NCBI GenBank assembly: GCA_965213675.1
Contig: OZ243916.1
Coordinates: 1,824,001 to 1,888,000, forward strand
From: an uncultured Candidatus Binatia bacterium
GTDB lineage: Bacteria > Desulfobacterota > Binatia > UBA9968 > JAJDTQ01
Direction: 5' to 3'
Length of the DNA: 64,000 bases
Shown piece by piece: positions 55,119 to 64,000 of this stretch. The translations under genes were made by a program, and so were the position numbers. Each line of letters starts with the position of its first letter. The stretch's first letter is position 1. The notes beneath the pieces were generated by a model. That model was not told where the DNA came from, did not search any database, and saw only the letters and a program-made list of their open reading frames with translations.

Positions 55119-57022
55119 AGGATGATCACCAGTCCCACGGTCAACACCGCGCCCACCGCGATGCCGGTGGCGTACCAGCGCACCGCGCCCGTCTGGGTGA
55201 TGCTCACGACGACATGGAGCGTCTCGGTGACGAAGGCGACGGCGCGATAGAAGCCGTCGATGAAGTCGTCCTTGTTGACCTTCGCGCACCACAGCCAAGG
55301 CTGGACAAAGAGCGCGTCATAGAGCGTGTCGAAGCCCCAGCCGCTGAACCACAGACGCTCCAGGCCACGCGCCCACGGCTGCTCCCCGAGGCGCTTCATG
55401 GCCTCGGGCGGCGCCATCACCAGTGTCCAGACGAGCCAGATGCCCCCCAGCGACGCGGCCGCCGCCATCATCTCGAACAGAAGCTCGGCGCCGTAGCTCG
55501 CGTGCATGCCGTGATACTCCGGCAACGTCGTGTTCAGGAAGCCGGAGAACAGGGTGAGCGTGCCCATGGTATGGGGCAACTCGATCACCCCGGCCGCCAC
55601 CGAAAGCACCGCCAGGATCCCCAGCGGAATGCGTACGCACGGGCCGGGTTCACGGATGGGCATGAGCTGCCGCACCCACTCGGTGGCCTCGCGGTAGAAG
55701 GTCAGGAACACCATGCGGAACGTGTAGACGGAAGTCAGCAGCGCCCCGGCCAGCGCCCCGGCCCACAGCCAGACGCCGCCGATCTCGGAATTGTACGCGT
55801 TCCAGATGATCAGGTCCTTGCTGTAGAAGCCCGCGGTCACCACCGGCACCGCCGCCAGCGCCGCGGAACCGATGAGAAAACACCGGAACGTGAACGGCAT
55901 CTGCCGTCGCAGTCCGCCCATGCGGTACATGTCCTGCTCGTGGTGCAGGGCCATGATGACCGCGCCCGCCCCCAGGAACAGGAGCGCCTTGAAAAAGGCG
56001 TGGATCATGAAGTGGAACAGCGCCGCCGACCACGCGCCCACCCCCAGAGCCAGGAACATGTAGCCGATCTGGCTGATGGTGGAGTAGGCGAGCACGCGCT
56101 TGATGTCGGATTGCACCAAGGCGGCGAAGCCGGCCATCAAGAGCGTCAGCGTGCCGATGACCGCCACCAGCGTCAGCACCGCCGGCGCCAGGGTGAAGAG
56201 CACGTGGGTGCGGGCGATGAGGTAGACGCCCGCGGTGACCATGGTGGCCGCGTGGATGAGGGCGCTCACCGGCGTGGGTCCGGCCATGGCGTCCGGCAGC
56301 CAGGTCTGGAGCGGAAGCTGCGCCGACTTGCCCACGGCGCCGCCGAGAAGCAGCAGCGCCACCACGGTGGCCATGCCCGAACCGGGCTGGAACTGCTGCC
56401 CCGCGCGCTCCAGGAGCGCCTGGATGTCCAGGGTGCCCAGCTCGGCGAAGAGCAGGAACAGCGCCATGAGCATGGCCGTGTCCCCCACCCGGGTGACGAT
56501 GAAGGCCTTGCTCGCGGCCCGGCTGTTGGCCTCGTCCTTGTAGAAGAAGCCGATGAGCAGGTAGCTGCACAGGCCCACGCCCTCCCAGCCCAGCAGCAGC
56601 AGCATGAGGTTGTCGGCCAGGAGCAGGATCAGCATGGCGCACACGAACAGGTTCATGTACGCGAAGAAGCGGCTGTAACCCTCTTCCTCCATCATGTATT
56701 CGACGGAATAGAGGTGGATCAGAAAGCCCACGAAGGTCACGACGAAGATCATCGTCAGCGACAGGGCGTCGAGATGGAAGGCGAAGGCGGGACGGAAGCC
56801 GGCCACGTCCACCCACACCCACAGAGTCTGAACAAAGCTGCCCCCGGCGGGGGGTGCGGCCATGAAGCTCAGTCCCACGAGCAGCGTGACCACCGCCGAC
56901 AGGCCCACGGAGCCCGCGCCCACGTACGCCACCTCGGTGCGCGTCAGGCGCGACCCCACCAGCGTGAGGGCGACAAAGCCGGCGAGGGGAAAGGCGGGTA
57001 TCAGCCACAGCAACTCGAGCAT
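55115..57022 (-). CDS. nuoL: NADH-quinone oxidoreductase subunit L
   Basis: GWEGVGLCSYLLIGF, GKSAQLPLQTWLPDAMAGPTPVSALIHAATMV, HAFFKALLFL. Confidence 0.96.
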   Translation of the reverse strand: MLELLWLIPAFPLAGFVALTLVGSRLTRTEVAYVGAGSVGLSAVVTLLVGLSFMAAPPAGGSFVQTLWVWVDVAGFRPAFAFHLDALSLTMIFVVTFVGFLIHLYSVEYMMEEEGYSRFFAYMNLFVCAMLILLLADNLMLLLLGWEGVGLCSYLLIGFFYKDEANSRAASKAFIVTRVGDTAMLMALFLLFAELGTLDIQALLERAGQQFQPGSGMATVVALLLLGGAVGKSAQLPLQTWLPDAMAGPTPVSALIHAATMVTAGVYLIARTHVLFTLAPAVLTLVAVIGTLTLLMAGFAALVQSDIKRVLAYSTISQIGYMFLALGVGAWSAALFHFMIHAFFKALLFLGAGAVIMALHHEQDMYRMGGLRRQMPFTFRCFLIGSAALAAVPVVTAGFYSKDLIIWNAYNSEIGGVWLWAGALAGALLTSVYTFRMVFLTFYREATEWVRQLMPIREPGPCVRIPLGILAVLSVAAGVIELPHTMGTLTLFSGFLNTTLPEYHGMHASYGAELLFEMMAAAASLGGIWLVWTLVMAPPEAMKRLGEQPWARGLERLWFSGWGFDTLYDALFVQPWLWCAKVNKDDFIDGFYRAVAFVTETLHVVVSITQTGAVRWYATGIAVGAVLTVGLVIIL

Positions 57023-57023
57023 G

Positions 57024-57332
57024 TCAGCCTCTCAGGTCGCTCACCGTGTCGACGTCCAGGGTATTGAAGCGATAGTAGAGCTGCACCACCAGGGCGAGAC
57101 CCACCGCCGCTTCGGCCGCGGCCATGGCCAGGATGAAAAAGAACATGACCTGTCCGTCGGCCTGACCCCAGTGCGCCCCCGCCACCACGAAGGCCAGGGC
57201 GGCGGCGTTGAGCATGATCTCCAGGGACAGCAGCACGAAGATGATGTTGCGGCGCACCAACACGCCCGTGAGCCCGAGGGTGAACAATACCGCCGCCAGC
57301 GCGAGTCCGTGCTCCATGGGAACCGCGGCCAT
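57024..57332 (-). CDS. nuoK: NADH-quinone oxidoreductase subunit K
   Basis: [28 protein letters not shown]. Confidence 0.96.
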   Translation of the reverse strand: MAAVPMEHGLALAAVLFTLGLTGVLVRRNIIFVLLSLEIMLNAAALAFVVAGAHWGQADGQVMFFFILAMAAAEAAVGLALVVQLYYRFNTLDVDTVSDLRG

Positions 57333-57847
57333 CAGGACTCATCCTCCTCGCCGCCGGCAGGCGCCCGCCGAGCCAGATGGAACGTGCCCACGAGACCAGC
57401 CAGCAGCAACATGGCCGCCAACTCCACCCCGAGCACGTAGCGGCCGAAGAGGGCGGCGCCCACACGCTTGGCATCCACGCCCGCGGGAGCACCCGCCGCC
57501 ACGGGCTCGGTGGCCACCACCACCAGGAACTCGGCAAACAGGATCGCCGTGAGAAGCGCGGGGCCGATCCATGCCCTGGGTTGCAGCCACCGGCGCTCCC
57601 GGGCCGTGGCCTCGGCGCCGAGATTGAGCATCATCACAACGAACACGAACAGCACCACGATGGCGCCGGCGTAGACGATCACCTCCAGGGCCGCCACGAA
57701 CGGCGCGCCGAGAGTGAAGAAGATCAGCGCCAGCGACAGCAGCGACACGATCATGTACAGTAGCGCGTGCACCGCGTTGGAGCGCGTGATGACCATGGCC
57801 GTCGAGACGACGGCAACGGCAGCCGCCAGGTAATAGATAAGCGTCAT
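57332..57847 (-). CDS. nuoJ: NADH-quinone oxidoreductase subunit J
   Basis: [29 protein letters not shown]. Confidence 0.95.
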   Translation of the reverse strand: MTLIYYLAAAVAVVSTAMVITRSNAVHALLYMIVSLLSLALIFFTLGAPFVAALEVIVYAGAIVVLFVFVVMMLNLGAEATARERRWLQPRAWIGPALLTAILFAEFLVVVATEPVAAGAPAGVDAKRVGAALFGRYVLGVELAAMLLLAGLVGTFHLARRAPAGGEEDES

Positions 57848-57894
57848 GGCGTTGTGAATGCTCGGTTACGGCCTGTTCCGGGCCGTGGCGCCGG

Positions 57895-58410
57895 TCACGG
57901 CAACAGACTCTTCACGTCCACGGGCTTGTCCTCGTTCTCGGACGCCCCCTTTTCCTTTCCGTCGATGGCCAGGCCGGCGACCCGGTAGAAGTTGTAGCCG
58001 GGATACTTGCCGGGGCCGTTGATCAGGAGATCCTCCTTCTCGTACACGAGGTTCTGCCGGTTGTACTCGCACAACTCGAAGTCCGGCGTCAGTTGAATCG
58101 CGTACGTCGGACACGCCTCCTCGCACAGGCCGCAGAAGATGCAGCGCGAGAAGTTGATGCGGAAGAACTCGGGGTAGCGCCGTCCGTCCGCCCGCTCCCC
58201 GGCCTGGAGCGCGATGCAGTCCACCGGACAGGCGGCGGAACAGAGGTAGCAGCCGACGCAGCGCTCGTCGCCGTCCGGATCGCGCGAGAGGATGATCCGT
58301 CCGCGGTAACGCGGCGGCAGATACGGCTTCTCCTCCGGGTACTGGACCGTGATGGGACGCCGGAACAGATGCATCAGCACCGTCCAGATGGTCCGCAGCA
58401 TGCTTAGCAT
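57895..58410 (-). CDS. nuoI: NADH-quinone oxidoreductase subunit I
   Basis: [31 protein letters not shown]. Confidence 0.96.
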   Translation of the reverse strand: MLSMLRTIWTVLMHLFRRPITVQYPEEKPYLPPRYRGRIILSRDPDGDERCVGCYLCSAACPVDCIALQAGERADGRRYPEFFRINFSRCIFCGLCEEACPTYAIQLTPDFELCEYNRQNLVYEKEDLLINGPGKYPGYNFYRVAGLAIDGKEKGASENEDKPVDVKSLLP

Positions 58411-58472
58411 CGATGGCTCCTCGCAGCTTTCGGGCACGACGACATCGGCAAGTGTCCCGCGTCACAAACCTC

Positions 58473-59465
58473 TCAAGCCTTCCACAGCAGCAGCGCCCCG
58501 GCCGTCACCACCAGGTTGAGCAGCGACAACGGCAGCAGCACCTTCCAACCAAAGGCCATCAATTGATCGAAGCGCGGTCGTGGCAGCGCCGCCCGCAACA
58601 GAATGAATATCAGGATGAAGAACAGCAGTTTCAACACGAACCAGACGATGCCCGGCAGCACCGGTCCCATCCAGCCGCCGAAGAACAGCGTCACCATCAT
58701 CGCCGAGATCACGGTGACGCCGACGTACTCACCAACGAAGAACATGCCGAACTTCATCCCGGAGTACTCGGAGTGGAACCCTGCCACCAGCTCGGCTTCG
58801 GCCTCGGGCAGGTCGAAGGGCAGCCGATGGGTCTCCGCCAGCCCCGCGATGAAGAAGATGACGAAACCCAGGAACTGCGGCACGATGAACCAGACGTCCT
58901 GCTGTGCGGCGACGATGTCGCGCAGGCTGAAGGAGCCCGCCATGAGCACCACGCCCATGAGCGACAGGCCCATGAACACTTCGTAGCTCACCATCTGCGC
59001 CGAGGCCCGAAGTCCCCCAAGGAGCGCGTACTTGTTGTTGGAGGCCCAGCCCGCCAGCACCACGCTGTAAACGCCCATGGACGACATGGCGAGGAAGAAC
59101 AGCAGTCCGATGTTGAGGTCGGTGACGCCGATGGTGGCGGTGATGGGGATCACCGCCACCGACATCAGCCCGGTGACGACGATGACCGCGGGCGCGAGTA
59201 TGAAAACGGTTCGGTCCGCGAACGGCGGGACCCAGTCCTCCTTGGTGAAGATCTTGATCATGTCGGCCAGCACGATGCCGAGTCCGAACGGACCCACCCG
59301 GTTGGGGCCATGACGGTCCTGCAGCAGGGCAAGGAAGCGCCGCTCCAGCCAGATGAGCAGCGCGGCCAGGATCAGAGGCGCGTTCAGCACCCCCAGGATC
59401 ACCGCTATCTGTAGCAACACGTCCGTCACGTCAAACCCTGCGGCAGCGGCTCCAGGCGGGGACAT
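58473..59465 (-). CDS. nuoH: NADH-quinone oxidoreductase subunit H
   Basis: [47 protein letters not shown]. Confidence 0.96.
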   Translation of the reverse strand: MSPPGAAAAGFDVTDVLLQIAVILGVLNAPLILAALLIWLERRFLALLQDRHGPNRVGPFGLGIVLADMIKIFTKEDWVPPFADRTVFILAPAVIVVTGLMSVAVIPITATIGVTDLNIGLLFFLAMSSMGVYSVVLAGWASNNKYALLGGLRASAQMVSYEVFMGLSLMGVVLMAGSFSLRDIVAAQQDVWFIVPQFLGFVIFFIAGLAETHRLPFDLPEAEAELVAGFHSEYSGMKFGMFFVGEYVGVTVISAMMVTLFFGGWMGPVLPGIVWFVLKLLFFILIFILLRAALPRPRFDQLMAFGWKVLLPLSLLNLVVTAGALLLWKA

Positions 59466-62130
59466 CGACGCCCCGGAGGCTGCCGATTCCCACCGGCACG
59501 CCCACCAGACCCTCGGTCAGGCTCGGCAAAAGGCGGGCCGGCAACTGGAACACCGCGCCGCCCAAGTTGATCTCCACGAACTCTCCGTCCTGCACTCCCA
59601 GCGTCCGCGCATCCTCCGGATTGAGCGCCGCGTACGGCCCGGGACTCCGCTGCGCCACTGGCGGCGCGGCCGCGCTCTGCTCCTCCGAGCCGAAGATATG
59701 GTGCAATGGCACCACCAGAAACATGCTGACGCGGCGCTTGAACGCCGGCGGAATCTCGTCGGTGTAGGCCGCGGCGCCGTTGGCCACGGGCTCAATGAGG
59801 CGAACGCCCGGATCGCCGCCCGCGAGCGGGCCGCCCACCTCGGCCTGGAACTTGTGGAGCGACTGGGCAGAGTTCCATCGTGGCGCCCAGAAACGCGTGA
59901 TCAGCGGCGCCGGGGGCTGCTGCGGATAGCCCTCCATGGTGAACGCCAACGGCGACTCCGGGTCTTCCGGCGGTTTGGGCTCATGCACGCTCACGTCGGC
60001 CCCCATGGCGGTGCGGCCGCTGGCGCGCGGGGACAAACGCGGCACCTTCGCGCCGTTCACCCGGAACGAAGCGCCGGCCACATGTTCCGGCAATCCCTCG
60101 AACGCCGCCACCGAGCGCCCCAGCGCGGCCAGGAGGTCATCCGGCGAGCGCAACCCCGTCAACTCGCTGCGTCCGGCCGCCTGGGCCAGTTCCCCCAGCC
60201 ACCGCCACGCCGGCTTCACCTCTCCCTGGGGCACGAAAACCTGGTAGAAGCGCTGCGCGCGGCCCTCATTGTTCACCACCGTGCCCTCGGTCTCGGCGAA
60301 CGTGCCCGAGGGAAACGCCACCTCGGCGCCGGCTACCGTGTCCGTAGCGCTGTGGTCGATGGCCACCACGTGGGCGGACCCCAGCATGGCGTCCACGGAG
60401 GCGCGGCCCACCCGGCGGTAAAGGTCGTTCTCCAGCACCACCACCGTGTCGACCAGATTGTCGGCCACTCGCTGAAAGGCTTCGGCCGTGCCCATGGCGT
60501 TGAGCAGTCCCAAGCCGAAACTGTTGCATTCCGACGCCGTGAAACAGAGGTTGGCGGTGCCGGCCCCGCCGAGCGCGCGCGCCACCTGCGCCGCGGCATC
60601 CACCACCGGCTCGCTGGCGCAACCCGATCCGGACACGACCAGCGGCCGCTCCGCTGCCCGGAGGGCCGTGGCAATCGCCTGGACCGCGGCGCGCTCTTCC
60701 CGCGACAGCCCCTTCACCGCGGGCGCGCTCGCATCCAGCGCCCGCGCCACCGCGAACCCCAAGCGCGCTACGTCGTGGGGCGCGCCCCGGAAGCACTGGG
60801 TGGCCACGTCGTCGAGCCGGGTGCCCGCCGGGGTGGCGATGAAGAGCGGCCCTCCTTGTTGCTGTATCACCTCGCGCAGGGCCGCGTCGTCCCACCGCGG
60901 AATGCGCAACTGCATGGCGTCCCTGCGCGGCGCCTGCTTCACAGCTTGCCGTATCGCGAGCGCAAGCAACGGCGCCGTCTGGGTGACGTCCTCCCCCAAC
61001 ACCAGCACCGCGTCGGCGGACTCCACCTCGCGCAGCGACGGCGTGCGAACGCCAGCGCCCCGGAGCACATGCAGCATGCGCGCCACCAGGTGTTCTTCGC
61101 CCGGGGCCATGCCGCTGAAGTAGTTCCGCGGACCCACGAGCTGCCGCAGCGCGAAGTTCGCCTCCATGGACGCCCGCGGCGAACCGATGCCGATGACGCG
61201 GGACTGCCGGCCCAGGAGGAGCGCGGTCCGCTTCAGCGCATCGGCGCCGCTGACCGGACGGCTCTCGCCATCGTGGTGCAGGCGCGGCTGGCGCAGGCGC
61301 CGGTCGCCGTTCACGAAGCCGTAGCCAAAGCGCCCGCGGTCGCACAGGAAGTAGCCGTTCACCTGGGAGTTGTAGCGATTGAGGATGCGCCGGACCTCGC
61401 CGTAGCGCTCGCCGGCAATGGTGTTGCAGCCGAGGCTGCAATGGGCGCACACCGACGGCGCGGTCTGCAGATCCCACTTGCGGGTGTAGTGCTGCTTCAG
61501 GGTCTTGTCGGTGAAGACGCCGGTGGGACACACCTCCACGAGGTTGCCGCTGAATTCGTTCTCCAGCACGCCGTCCTCGTGGCGCCCGAAGTAGACGTGG
61601 TTATGGGAAGCGAAGGCGTCCAGATCCTTGCCGCCCGCGTAGTCCCGGTAGTAGCGAACGCAGCGGTAACAGGTGATGCAGCGGTTCATCTCGTGGTTGA
61701 TGAACGGCCCCAGTTCCTGGTTGGCGAATGTGCGCTTGCCGAAGCGGTAGCCGCGGTAGTTGTGCCCGGTCATGACCGTCATGTCCTGGAGGTGGCATTC
61801 GCCGCCCTCGTCGCACACCGGGCAGTCATGCGGGTGGTTGCTCATCAGCAGCTCGACGATGCCCGCGCGGAACCGCGCCGCGTCCTTGTCGAGGATGGAG
61901 ATGCGCGCGCCGTCCATGGCGGGCGTCATGCACGCCATGACGATGCGCCCGCGCTGGTCGTTCTCGTCCCGGTACTGCTTGACCGCGCACTGCCGGCAGG
62001 CGCCCACCGAACCCAGGGCAGGATGCCAGCAGAAGTACGGCAGGTCGAGCCCCTTGGAGAGGCATTCCTCCAGCAGATTCCGGGCGGGGTCGACCTCATA
62101 GGGCCGGTCGTCGACGTAGATGGTGGCCAT
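59431..62130 (-). CDS. nuoG: NADH-quinone oxidoreductase subunit G
   Basis: [56 protein letters not shown]. Confidence 0.96.
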   Translation of the reverse strand: MATIYVDDRPYEVDPARNLLEECLSKGLDLPYFCWHPALGSVGACRQCAVKQYRDENDQRGRIVMACMTPAMDGARISILDKDAARFRAGIVELLMSNHPHDCPVCDEGGECHLQDMTVMTGHNYRGYRFGKRTFANQELGPFINHEMNRCITCYRCVRYYRDYAGGKDLDAFASHNHVYFGRHEDGVLENEFSGNLVEVCPTGVFTDKTLKQHYTRKWDLQTAPSVCAHCSLGCNTIAGERYGEVRRILNRYNSQVNGYFLCDRGRFGYGFVNGDRRLRQPRLHHDGESRPVSGADALKRTALLLGRQSRVIGIGSPRASMEANFALRQLVGPRNYFSGMAPGEEHLVARMLHVLRGAGVRTPSLREVESADAVLVLGEDVTQTAPLLALAIRQAVKQAPRRDAMQLRIPRWDDAALREVIQQQGGPLFIATPAGTRLDDVATQCFRGAPHDVARLGFAVARALDASAPAVKGLSREERAAVQAIATALRAAERPLVVSGSGCASEPVVDAAAQVARALGGAGTANLCFTASECNSFGLGLLNAMGTAEAFQRVADNLVDTVVVLENDLYRRVGRASVDAMLGSAHVVAIDHSATDTVAGAEVAFPSGTFAETEGTVVNNEGRAQRFYQVFVPQGEVKPAWRWLGELAQAAGRSELTGLRSPDDLLAALGRSVAAFEGLPEHVAGASFRVNGAKVPRLSPRASGRTAMGADVSVHEPKPPEDPESPLAFTMEGYPQQPPAPLITRFWAPRWNSAQSLHKFQAEVGGPLAGGDPGVRLIEPVANGAAAYTDEIPPAFKRRVSMFLVVPLHHIFGSEEQSAAAPPVAQRSPGPYAALNPEDARTLGVQDGEFVEINLGGAVFQLPARLLPSLTEGLVGVPVGIGSLRGVDVPAWSRCRRV

Positions 62131-62135
62131 GATCG

Positions 62136-63443
62136 TTACGCTGTGTCGCTTCTGCCGTCGTGTCCCGGGACACTGGGAATCAGCTTCTCGAAGTCCTCCC
62201 GGAAATACTTGAGGGCGCTCTGCAATGGCTCCATGGCGCCCGGCGCCAGCGCGCAGAAGGTGTTGCCCGGCCCCATCATGCGTATCTGCATCTCCAGCCG
62301 CTCCAGGTCGCCGGGACGCCCGCGCCCTTCGAGCAGTCCCTGGAGGATGCGCGCGGTCCAGGGTAGCCCGTCGCGGCACGGCGTGCACCAGCCACAGGAC
62401 TCCTGGGCGAAGAAGCGCTCGAGGTTGAGCACCATGCCCACCACCGAGGTCTGATCGTCGAGGACGATCATCAGGCCGGTGCCCAGCCGGCTGCCCGCCG
62501 CCTGCACCGAGCCGTAGTCCATCTTCACGTCCAAGTGGTCTTCCACGAGGAAGTCGGTGGAAGCGCCGCCCGGCAGCAGCCCGCGGAACTTGTAGCCCTC
62601 GCGCATGCCGCGGGCGCGCCGCTCGAGAATCTCGCGGATGGTGGTGCCCAAGGGCAGCTCCCACACCCCGGGCCGCCGCACCTTGCCGCTCGCGCCATAG
62701 AGCTTGGTGCCGCCGTCCTCGCTGCGGCTCAGGCCCAGGTACCACTGGGCGCCGTTGCGCAGGATCGGCGCCACGTTGCACAGGGTCTCGACGTTCTGGA
62801 CGATGGTGGGCTTGCCCCACAGGCCGCTCACCTGAGGGAACGGCGGCTTGGCGCGGGGATTGGCGCGCTTGCCCTCCAGCGCGTTCAGGAGCCCGGTCTC
62901 CTCGCCGCACATGTAGCGCCCGGCGCTGGTGTGCAGGCGCAGCTCGAAGCTGTGACCCGAGCCCAGGATGTTCTCGCCCAGGTAGCCCTTGTCGTAGGCT
63001 TCCGCCAGCGCGCGGGTGATGCGCTCCGCCGCGAGCTTGTAGGCCCAGCGCAGGAAGATGTAGCCTTGGGTCGACTGGATGGTGTAGGCCGCGAGGATCA
63101 TCCCCTCGATGAGCAGGTGCGGATTCCCTTCCAGGATCAGGCGGTCCTTGAAGGTCCCCGGCTCCATCTCGTCGGCGTTGGCGACGAGATACTTGGTGGT
63201 GGGCGCGTTCTCGCCCATGGGCACAAAGCTCCACTTCTGGCCGGTGGGGAAGCCCGCGCCGCCGCGCCCCCGCAGCCTGGAGTCGGTCACCTCCTTGAGG
63301 ACGTCCGCCGGAGCCATCTCCTTGAACACCCTGCGCAACGCCTCGTAACCGCCCGCCTTTTCATAGGCGGGCAGGTCGAGGACCGCGCCGTCCGGCCGCA
63401 AGTCGCCCGTCAGGGGCTTGTCCATGGATGATGCGTTCGCCAT
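62136..63443 (-). CDS. nuoF: NADH-quinone oxidoreductase subunit F
   Basis: LRGRGGAGFPTG, NADEMEPGTFKDR, YMCGEET, ESCGWCTPCRDG. Confidence 0.96.
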   Translation of the reverse strand: MANASSMDKPLTGDLRPDGAVLDLPAYEKAGGYEALRRVFKEMAPADVLKEVTDSRLRGRGGAGFPTGQKWSFVPMGENAPTTKYLVANADEMEPGTFKDRLILEGNPHLLIEGMILAAYTIQSTQGYIFLRWAYKLAAERITRALAEAYDKGYLGENILGSGHSFELRLHTSAGRYMCGEETGLLNALEGKRANPRAKPPFPQVSGLWGKPTIVQNVETLCNVAPILRNGAQWYLGLSRSEDGGTKLYGASGKVRRPGVWELPLGTTIREILERRARGMREGYKFRGLLPGGASTDFLVEDHLDVKMDYGSVQAAGSRLGTGLMIVLDDQTSVVGMVLNLERFFAQESCGWCTPCRDGLPWTARILQGLLEGRGRPGDLERLEMQIRMMGPGNTFCALAPGAMEPLQSALKYFREDFEKLIPSVPGHDGRSDTA

Positions 63444-63457
63444 GTCGTCCAGTCCGC

Positions 63458-63964
63458 TCAGGCGCCCGACGAGTGCCGGTAGCGGGCGAGAATCTCGTCC
63501 ACCTTGTCGTTGTCGAGATTACGGTAAAGCTCGTTACCCACCATCATCGCCGGCCCCCGGTCACAGGTGCCCAGACAGGCCATGGGAAGAAGCGTGAACT
63601 TGCCGTCCGTGGTGGTCTCTCCCGACTCCACGCCGAGGCGCTCCTTGAGATGGGTACGGATGCCGTCGTAGCCCAGAATCCAGCAACTCACGCTGTCGCA
63701 TAAAAGGATGACGTTCTCGCCCACGGGCCTGCGGAAGATCAGATTGTAGAACGTGGCGACACTATCCAGCGCCTCCGGACTCATGTCGAGGAGCGCGGCC
63801 ACTTCCTTCAGATGCTCGTCCGACACCCAGCGGTGGTGCTCCTGGACGATCTTCAGCGCCTCCACGCACGCGGCCTGTGGATGGTCGTAGTGGGCGGCCT
63901 CCTCCCGGATCTTCCTGCGCTCGTCTTCGGTCAGCATCGCGTCCCTGTCCTTCGACTTCGCCAT
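63458..63964 (-). CDS. nuoE: NADH-quinone oxidoreductase subunit E
   Basis: VATFY, CDSVSC, CLGTCDRGP. Confidence 0.96.
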   Translation of the reverse strand: MAKSKDRDAMLTEDERRKIREEAAHYDHPQAACVEALKIVQEHHRWVSDEHLKEVAALLDMSPEALDSVATFYNLIFRRPVGENVILLCDSVSCWILGYDGIRTHLKERLGVESGETTTDGKFTLLPMACLGTCDRGPAMMVGNELYRNLDNDKVDEILARYRHSSGA

Positions 63965-63989
63965 GTCCCGTGCCCCCGGACTTCGCTGT

Positions 63990-64000
63990 TCATCGGTCTA
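63990..64000 (-). CDS. nuoD: Extreme C-terminus of NuoD/NuoCD (partial)
   Basis: Minus strand reads (V)DR-TGA, the typical NuoD end, immediately upstream of nuoE. Confidence 0.6.

Noticed and set aside
2212-62454. Many long antisense or alternate-frame ORFs (e.g. 2214-4805, 19985-22396, 40333-42612, 59353-62454)
   Set aside because: Shadow ORFs expected in high-GC DNA; Arg/Gly/Pro-rich or mirror translations with no motifs, overlapping well-supported genes
59431-63234. 1267-aa NuoG or NuoF-G fusion
   Set aside because: Upstream part is an off-frame read of nuoF; NuoG starts at ATG 62130
1-64000. tRNA, rRNA, CRISPR array, IS, prophage, retron or defence system
   Set aside because: No cloverleaf, repeat-spacer array, transposase, integrase, reverse transcriptase or intact nuclease motif recognised by eye; small or divergent ncRNAs could be missed

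Overview
High-GC bacterial chromosomal window packed with catabolic and accessory genes. No rRNA, tRNA, CRISPR array, transposase or integrase was recognised. From left to right it holds: the end of an AfuA/FbpB-type ABC transporter; an orphan Mo-hydroxylase large subunit and an SDR; a coupled HpaB-family monooxygenase + PAPS-dependent sulfotransferase pair with a divergent DHA2 MFS exporter; a collapsed ABC-transporter relic; a secreted polysaccharide-lyase-like protein; class I fumarase; a Cys-less thiolase/DUF35 pair with hydrolases; seven amidohydrolase-superfamily genes; a GH65; two paralogous family-5 binding proteins (one Sec-like, one Tat); a fused glycine/sarcosine/dimethylglycine methyltransferase (betaine synthesis); a signal-less TAXI-like/amidase/arylsulfate-sulfotransferase operon; an oxc-like/frc/ADP-forming CoA-ligase set separated by a glycosyltransferase block; dgkA; a PhzF-family gene; and nuoE-N of an E. 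coli-type complex I. The best candidates for undescribed systems are the hydroxylate-sulfate-export module (5981-9926), the cytoplasmic TAXI-like/amidase/ASST operon (36702-40242) and the split oxalate/formyl-CoA module with an ADP-forming ligase (40399-50212). All functional calls come from motif recognition by eye; no database search was run.
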